This document shows positions 58,187 to 64,000 of a stretch of DNA of 64,000 nt, one piece after another. The stretch's first letter is position 1. Every line of letters starts with the position of its first letter. Source of the DNA: Escherichia coli (GTDB lineage Bacteria; Pseudomonadota; Gammaproteobacteria; Enterobacterales; Enterobacteriaceae); the NCBI RefSeq assembly GCF_016903815.1, contig NZ_CP069973.1; one strand, 5' to 3'. The position numbers and the translations under genes are program-made. The notes under the pieces are model-generated. The model saw only the letters and a list, made by a program, of their open reading frames with translations, ran no database searches and had not been told where the DNA came from.

Positions 58187-60628
58187 ATGTCACAAGATCC
58201 TTTCCAGGAACGCGAAGCTGAAAAATACGCGAATCCCATCCCTAGTCGGGAATTTATCCTCGAACATTTAACCAAACGTGAAAAACCGGCCAGCCGTGAT
58301 GAGCTGGCGGTAGAACTGCACATTGAAGGCGAAGAGCAGCTTGAAGGCCTGCGTCGCCGCCTGCGCGCGATGGAGCGCGATGGTCAACTGGTCTTCACTC
58401 GTCGTCAGTGCTATGCGCTGCCGGAACGCCTCGACCTGGTGAAAGGTACCGTTATTGGCCACCGTGATGGCTACGGCTTTCTACGGGTTGAAGGACGTAA
58501 AGATGATTTGTATCTCTCCAGCGAGCAGATGAAAACCTGCATTCATGGCGATCAGGTGCTGGCGCAACCGCTGGGCGCTGACCGTAAAGGTCGTCGTGAA
58601 GCGCGTATTGTCCGCGTACTGGTGCCAAAAACCAGCCAGATTGTTGGTCGCTACTTTACCGAAGCGGGCGTCGGCTTTGTGGTTCCTGACGACAGTCGTT
58701 TGAGCTTCGATATCTTAATCCCGCCCGATCAGATCATGGGCGCGCGGATGGGCTTTGTGGTGGTGGTTGAACTGACCCAACGCCCGACTCGCCGTACCAA
58801 AGCGGTGGGTAAAATCGTCGAAGTACTTGGCGACAATATGGGCACCGGCATGGCGGTTGATATCGCTCTGCGTACCCATGAAATTCCGTACATCTGGCCG
58901 CAGGCTGTTGAGCAACAGGTTGCCGGGCTGAAAGAAGAAGTGCCGGAAGAAGCAAAAGCGGGCCGTGTTGATCTGCGCGATTTACCGCTGGTCACCATTG
59001 ATGGCGAAGACGCCCGTGACTTTGACGATGCAGTTTACTGCGAGAAAAAACGCGGCGGCGGCTGGCGTTTATGGGTCGCGATTGCCGACGTCAGCTACTA
59101 TGTGCGTCCGCCAACACCGCTGGACAGAGAAGCGCGTAACCGTGGTACGTCGGTGTACTTCCCTTCGCAGGTTATCCCGATGCTGCCGGAAGTGCTCTCT
59201 AACGGTCTGTGTTCGCTTAACCCGCAGGTAGACCGCCTGTGTATGGTGTGCGAGATGACGGTTTCGTCGAAAGGCCGCCTGACTGGCTACAAATTCTATG
59301 AAGCGGTAATGAGCTCTCACGCACGTCTGACCTACACCAAAGTCTGGCATATTCTGCAGGGCGATCAGGATCTGCGCGAGCAGTACGCCCCGCTGGTTAA
59401 GCATCTCGAAGAGTTGCATAACCTCTATAAAGTGCTGGATAAAGCCCGTGAAGAACGTGGCGGGATCTCATTTGAGAGCGAAGAAGCGAAGTTCATTTTC
59501 AACGCCGAACGCCGTATTGAGCGTATCGAACAGACTCAGCGTAACGACGCACACAAGTTAATTGAAGAGTGCATGATTCTGGCGAATATCTCGGCGGCGC
59601 GTTTCGTTGAGAAAGCCAAAGAACCAGCACTGTTCCGTATTCACGACAAGCCGAGCACCGAAGCGATTACCTCTTTCCGTTCAGTGCTGGCGGAGCTGGG
59701 GCTGGAATTGCCGGGCGGTAACAAGCCGGAACCGCGTGACTACGCGGAGCTGCTGGAGTCGGTTGCCGATCGTCCTGATGCAGAAATGCTGCAAACCATG
59801 CTGCTGCGCTCGATGAAACAGGCGATTTACGATCCGGAAAACCGTGGTCACTTCGGTCTGGCATTGCAGTCCTATGCGCACTTCACTTCGCCGATTCGTC
59901 GTTATCCTGACCTGACGCTGCACCGCGCCATTAAGTATCTGCTGGCGAAAGAGCAGGGGCATCAGGGCAATACCACTGAAACCGGTGGTTACCATTATTC
60001 GATGGAAGAGATGCTGCAACTGGGTCAGCACTGTTCGATGGCGGAACGTCGTGCCGACGAAGCAACACGCGATGTAGCTGACTGGCTGAAGTGTGACTTC
60101 ATGCTCGACCAGGTAGGTAACGTCTTTAAAGGCGTAATTTCCAGCGTCACTGGCTTTGGCTTCTTCGTCCGTCTGGACGACTTGTTCATTGATGGTCTGG
60201 TCCATGTCTCTTCGCTGGACAATGACTACTATCGCTTTGACCAGGTAGGGCAACGCCTGATGGGTGAATCCAGCGGCCAGACTTATCGCCTGGGCGATCG
60301 CGTGGAAGTTCGCGTCGAAGCGGTTAATATGGACGAGCGTAAAATCGACTTTAGCCTGATCTCCAGCGAACGCGCACCGCGCAACGTCGGTAAAACGGCG
60401 CGCGAGAAAGCGAAAAAAGGCGATGCTGGCAAAAAAGGCGGCAAGCGTCGTCAGGTCGGTAAAAAGGTAAACTTTGAGCCAGACAGTGCCTTCCGCGGCG
60501 AGAAAAAACCGAAGCCGAAAGCGGCGAAGAAAGACGCGAGAAAAGCGAAAAAGCCATCGGCTAAAACGCAGAAAATAGCCGCAGCGACCAAAGCGAAGCG
60601 TGCGGCGAAGAAAAAAGTGGCAGAGTGA
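58187..60628 (+). CDS. rnr: Ribonuclease R
   Basis: 813 aa from [28 protein letters not shown], with an RNB domain, an S1 domain and a Lys-rich C-terminal tail. Confidence 0.97.
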   Translation: MSQDPFQEREAEKYANPIPSREFILEHLTKREKPASRDELAVELHIEGEEQLEGLRRRLRAMERDGQLVFTRRQCYALPERLDLVKGTVIGHRDGYGFLRVEGRKDDLYLSSEQMKTCIHGDQVLAQPLGADRKGRREARIVRVLVPKTSQIVGRYFTEAGVGFVVPDDSRLSFDILIPPDQIMGARMGFVVVVELTQRPTRRTKAVGKIVEVLGDNMGTGMAVDIALRTHEIPYIWPQAVEQQVAGLKEEVPEEAKAGRVDLRDLPLVTIDGEDARDFDDAVYCEKKRGGGWRLWVAIADVSYYVRPPTPLDREARNRGTSVYFPSQVIPMLPEVLSNGLCSLNPQVDRLCMVCEMTVSSKGRLTGYKFYEAVMSSHARLTYTKVWHILQGDQDLREQYAPLVKHLEELHNLYKVLDKAREERGGISFESEEAKFIFNAERRIERIEQTQRNDAHKLIEECMILANISAARFVEKAKEPALFRIHDKPSTEAITSFRSVLAELGLELPGGNKPEPRDYAELLESVADRPDAEMLQTMLLRSMKQAIYDPENRGHFGLALQSYAHFTSPIRRYPDLTLHRAIKYLLAKEQGHQGNTTETGGYHYSMEEMLQLGQHCSMAERRADEATRDVADWLKCDFMLDQVGNVFKGVISSVTGFGFFVRLDDLFIDGLVHVSSLDNDYYRFDQVGQRLMGESSGQTYRLGDRVEVRVEAVNMDERKIDFSLISSERAPRNVGKTAREKAKKGDAGKKGGKRRQVGKKVNFEPDSAFRGEKKPKPKAAKKDARKAKKPSAKTQKIAAATKAKRAAKKKVAE

Positions 60629-60718
60629 TCATAACCCTCTTCAAACAGAAGAGGGTGAATTATCCGTAGGCCGGGCAAGCGTGGCGCTCCCGGCAAAACG
60701 TAAACAACGAGTACATTA

Positions 60719-61450
60719 ATGAGCGAAATGATTTACGGCATCCACGCAGTGCAGGCCCTGCTGGAGCGCGCCCCTGAACGTTTTCAGGAAGTCTTTATTT
60801 TAAAAGGCCGTGAAGATAAACGTCTGTTACCGCTGATTCACGCCCTTGAGTCCCAGGGCGTGGTTATCCAGTTGGCGAACCGTCAGTATCTCGACGAGAA
60901 AAGCGACGGTGCCGTGCATCAGGGCATTATCGCCCGTGTGAAGCCAGGACGGCAGTATCAGGAAAACGATCTGCCGGATCTGATCGCTTCGCTCAATCAA
61001 CCGTTCCTGCTGATCCTCGACGGCGTAACCGATCCGCACAACCTCGGCGCGTGCCTGCGTAGCGCGGACGCCGCTGGTGTTCATGCGGTGATTGTGCCGA
61101 AAGATCGCTCCGCACAGCTCAACGCCACGGCGAAAAAAGTGGCCTGTGGTGCGGCAGAAAGCGTTCCGCTGATTCGGGTGACTAATCTGGCGCGCACCAT
61201 GCGTATGTTGCAGGAAGAGAATATCTGGATCGTCGGTACGGCAGGTGAGGCGGATCATACACTTTATCAGAGCAAAATGACCGGACGGCTGGCACTGGTG
61301 ATGGGCGCGGAAGGTGAAGGTATGCGTCGCCTGACTCGTGAACATTGCGACGAGTTGATCAGCATCCCAATGGCAGGAAGCGTTTCTTCCCTGAACGTTT
61401 CGGTTGCGACAGGGATTTGCTTATTTGAAGCGGTGCGACAGCGCAGCTAG
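60719..61450 (+). CDS. rlmB: 23S rRNA Gm2251 2'-O-methyltransferase RlmB
   Basis: 243 aa, [47 protein letters not shown]... Confidence 0.96.
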   Translation: MSEMIYGIHAVQALLERAPERFQEVFILKGREDKRLLPLIHALESQGVVIQLANRQYLDEKSDGAVHQGIIARVKPGRQYQENDLPDLIASLNQPFLLILDGVTDPHNLGACLRSADAAGVHAVIVPKDRSAQLNATAKKVACGAAESVPLIRVTNLARTMRMLQEENIWIVGTAGEADHTLYQSKMTGRLALVMGAEGEGMRRLTREHCDELISIPMAGSVSSLNVSVATGICLFEAVRQRS

Positions 61451-61466
61451 TTCCTCTGAATTATGA

Positions 61467-61497
61467 AAAGCCATCCAGATTTGGATGGTTTTTTTTT
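61467..61497 (+). terminator. rlmB rho-independent terminator
   Basis: AAAAGCCATCCA-GATT-TGGATGG is followed by T9. Confidence 0.85.
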
Positions 61498-61576
61498 GTG
61501 TTTAGCTGGTAAGATAATTACGTACTGCAAATATTCATTTTGTTAATATTTAAACTAAATCTATATGGAATAATAT

Positions 61577-61978
61577 ATGACATGGAATCCGTTGGCGCTG
61601 GCGACGGCGCTGCAAACTGTACCTGAACAAAATATTGATGTAACAAATAGCGAGAACGCATTAATTATTAAAATGAATGATTATGGCGATTTGCAAATCA
61701 ATATTCTTTTTACTTCCCGCCAAATGATTATCGAAACCTTTATTTGTCCGGTGAGTAGTATCAGCAATCCAGATGAATTTAATACCTTCTTATTAAGAAA
61801 TCAGAAGATGATGCCGTTGTCATCGGTAGGGATCTCCAGCGTACAACAGGAAGAGTATTACATTGTTTTCGGGGCGTTATCGCTTAAATCTTCTCTTGAA
61901 GATATCCTGCTTGAGATAACCTCGCTGGTAGATAACGCATTGGATCTGGCTGAAATTACAGAAGAATATTCACACTAA
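61577..61978 (+). CDS. yjfI: Uncharacterised protein YjfI (DUF2170)
   Basis: A 133-aa ORF at the K-12 yjfI position. It is the first gene of a tightly spaced cluster. Confidence 0.88.
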   Translation: MTWNPLALATALQTVPEQNIDVTNSENALIIKMNDYGDLQINILFTSRQMIIETFICPVSSISNPDEFNTFLLRNQKMMPLSSVGISSVQQEEYYIVFGALSLKSSLEDILLEITSLVDNALDLAEITEEYSH

Positions 61979-61996
61979 TTACAAGGACGGGTATTT

Positions 61997-62695
61997 ATGG
62001 GAATTTTAAAAAGTTTATTTACGCTGGGGAAATCGTTTATCTCCCAGGCGGAAGAATCCATTGAAGAAACCCAGGGCGTGCGCATGCTGGAACAGCATAT
62101 TCGTGACGCTAAAGCTGAACTCGATAAAGCCGGAAAATCTCGCGTTGATCTGCTGGCGCGGGTGAAATTAAGTCACGATAAGCTGAAAGATTTACGTGAG
62201 CGCAAAGCCAGTCTGGAAGCTCGTGCGCTGAAAGCGTTAAGCAAGAACGTTAATCCGTCGTTGATTAACGAAGTTGCTGAAGAAATCGCGCGCCTTGAGA
62301 ATCTCATTACCGCTGAAGAGCAAGTGTTGTCGAATCTGGAAGTCTCTCGTGATGGCGTGGAAAAAGCAGTTACAGCGACAGCGCAGCGTATCGCTCAGTT
62401 TGAGCAGCAAATGGAAGTCGTTAAAGCCACTGAAGCCATGCAGCGTGCACAACAGGCTGTAACGACCTCTACCGTTGGCGCATCTTCCAGCGTTTCGACA
62501 GCGGCAGAATCCTTAAAACGCCTGCAAACGCGTCAGGCCGAACGTCAGGCTCGTCTGGATGCTGCTGCACAGTTGGAAAAAGTCGCAGACGGTCGCGATC
62601 TTGATGAAAAGCTGGCGGAAGCCGGAATAGGCGGTAGCAATAAAAGTAGCGCCCAGGATGTATTAGCAAGACTGCAACGCCAACAGGGCGAGTAA
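61997..62695 (+). CDS. yjfJ: PspA/IM30-family protein YjfJ
   Basis: A 232-aa coiled-coil protein, MGILKSLFTLGKSFISQAEESIEETQGVRMLEQHIRDAKAELDKAGKSRVDLLARVK..., typical of PspA/IM30. Confidence 0.9.
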   Translation: MGILKSLFTLGKSFISQAEESIEETQGVRMLEQHIRDAKAELDKAGKSRVDLLARVKLSHDKLKDLRERKASLEARALKALSKNVNPSLINEVAEEIARLENLITAEEQVLSNLEVSRDGVEKAVTATAQRIAQFEQQMEVVKATEAMQRAQQAVTTSTVGASSSVSTAAESLKRLQTRQAERQARLDAAAQLEKVADGRDLDEKLAEAGIGGSNKSSAQDVLARLQRQQGE

Positions 62696-62745
62696 TTTTT
62701 TTGCCAGCCTCACTGCAAGGCTGGCAACTATTTTAAGGATAAAAT

Positions 62746-63405
62746 ATGTCTGGTTTTTTCCAGCGTCTGTTTGGCAAGGATAATAAGCCTGCTATCGCTC
62801 GCGGTCCGCTGGGTCTGCATCTCAATAGTGGTTTTACGCTCGACACGTTAGCGTTTCGTTTGCTGGAAGATGAATTGCTGATTGCGCTGCCGGGTGAGGA
62901 ATTTACGGTAGCCGCCGTCAGTCACATCGATCTGGGCGGCGGTAGCCAGATTTTCCGCTACTACACTTCGGGCGATGAATTTCTGCAAATCAATACCACC
63001 GGCGGCGAAAATATTGATGACATTGATGATATTAAGCTCTTTGTCTATGAAGAGAGCTACGGTATCAGTAAAGAGAGTCACTGGCGCGAGACGATCAATG
63101 CCAAAGCGATGGGGGCAATGACCTTAAACTGGCAGGAAAAACGCTGGCAGCGATTTTTTAACAGCGAAGAACCGGGAAATATCGAACCCGTCTACATGCT
63201 GGAAAAAGTAGAAAATCAAAACCATGCCAAATGGGAAGTACATAATTTTACCATGGGCTACCAACGGCAAGTAACCGAAGATACTTACGAATATTTGCTG
63301 CTAAATGGTGAGGAATCTTTTAACGATCTCGGCGAGCCAGAGTGGTTATTTTCGCGCGCGTTGGGTGTCGATATCCCGCTGACATCACTTCATATTATTG
63401 GTTAA
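62746..63405 (+). CDS. yjfK: Uncharacterised protein YjfK (DUF2491)
   Basis: A 219-aa ORF at the K-12 yjfK position. Confidence 0.88.
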   Translation: MSGFFQRLFGKDNKPAIARGPLGLHLNSGFTLDTLAFRLLEDELLIALPGEEFTVAAVSHIDLGGGSQIFRYYTSGDEFLQINTTGGENIDDIDDIKLFVYEESYGISKESHWRETINAKAMGAMTLNWQEKRWQRFFNSEEPGNIEPVYMLEKVENQNHAKWEVHNFTMGYQRQVTEDTYEYLLLNGEESFNDLGEPEWLFSRALGVDIPLTSLHIIG

Positions 63406-63422
63406 TTACAAGGACGTTTACA

Positions 63423-63821
63423 ATGCATATACTGGATTCAATTCTTGCCTTTAGTGCCTATTTTTTTATTGGCGTGGCTATGGTGATTATTTTTCTGTTT
63501 ATCTATTCTAAAATTACACCGCACAACGAATGGCAGTTAATCAAAAACAATAATACCGCGGCGTCCCTGGCGTTCAGCGGTACATTGTTGGGTTACGTGA
63601 TCCCGTTATCCAGTGCGGCAATCAATGCGGTGAGTATTCCAGACTATTTCGCCTGGGGCGGGATCGCACTGGTGATTCAGTTACTCGTTTTTGCTGGCGT
63701 CAGACTTTATATGCCCGCATTAAGCGAAAAAATTATTAATCACAATACCGCAGCAGGAATGTTTATGGGAACCGCCGCACTGGCTGGCGGTATTTTTAAC
63801 GCAGCTTGTATGACATGGTAA
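63423..63821 (+). CDS. yjfL: Inner-membrane protein YjfL (DUF350)
   Basis: 132 aa from MHILDSILAFSAYFFIGVAMVIIFLFIYSKITPHNEW. The ORF-track extension overlapping yjfK was rejected. Confidence 0.88.
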   Translation: MHILDSILAFSAYFFIGVAMVIIFLFIYSKITPHNEWQLIKNNNTAASLAFSGTLLGYVIPLSSAAINAVSIPDYFAWGGIALVIQLLVFAGVRLYMPALSEKIINHNTAAGMFMGTAALAGGIFNAACMTW

Positions 63822-63830
63822 TGGACGATC

Positions 63831-64000
63831 ATGGCCAGAAAACGCAAATCAAGAAATAACAGTAAAATTGGTCACGGAGCGATCAGTCGCATTGGTAGAC
63901 CGAATAATCCTTTTGAACCGCGTCGCAATCGTTACGCACAAAAATACTTAACGTTGGCGCTAATGGGCGGTGCCGCTTTTTTCGTATTGAAAGGTTGTGG
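63831..64000 (+). CDS. yjfM: Uncharacterised protein YjfM (DUF1190), N-terminal part; runs off the right window edge
   Basis: Hand translation from ATG 63831 gives MARKRKSRNNSKIGHGAISRIGRPNNPFEPRRNRYAQKYLTLALMGGAAFFVLKGC..., open to the window end. Confidence 0.8.
   Translation, partial: MARKRKSRNNSKIGHGAISRIGRPNNPFEPRRNRYAQKYLTLALMGGAAFFVLKGC

Overview
This window is an Escherichia coli/Shigella-type chromosome segment. It is colinear with the K-12 pheU-to-yjfM interval: yjdC-dsbD-cutA-dcuA-aspA-fxsA-yjeH-groSL-yjeI-yjeJ-epmB-efp-ecnAB-gdx-blc-ampC-frdDCBA-epmA-yjeM-mscM-psd-rsgA-orn-glyVXY-queG-nnr-tsaE-amiB-mutL-miaA-hfq-hflXKC-yjeT-purA-nsrR-rnr-rlmB-yjfIJKLM. All of these core genes look intact. 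Many ORF-track starts are over-extended, so I trimmed them to the K-12-type starts from memory. The first ~14.1 kb is accessory DNA attached to tRNA-Phe (pheU) through an intact P4-type integrase, and its far boundary lies outside the window. Moving leftward from the integrase, the island carries a 357-aa helical-repeat protein of unknown function, then an inverted pair of IS1 copies. That pair encloses an IS3-family transposase remnant and a MarR-family (MprA/PapX-like) regulator. Further left is the most interesting locus: an AdiA-like wing-domain PLP decarboxylase (789 aa) flanked by two diverged ArcD/YdgI-type APC antiporter paralogs. A third, decayed and divergent IS1 lies on the other side of this module. 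I propose the module as an uncharacterised amino-acid decarboxylation/antiport (acid-resistance-like) system with unknown substrate. Smaller strain-specific features in the core are an IS200 copy between ecnB and the guanidine-II riboswitch/gdx, an ERIC (IRU) repeat inside the glyV-glyX tRNA spacer, and a compensatory ampC attenuator variant. The yjfIJKLM PspA-family operon of unknown function is also present. All homology calls come from reading the sequence and from memory of the families. No database search was possible.
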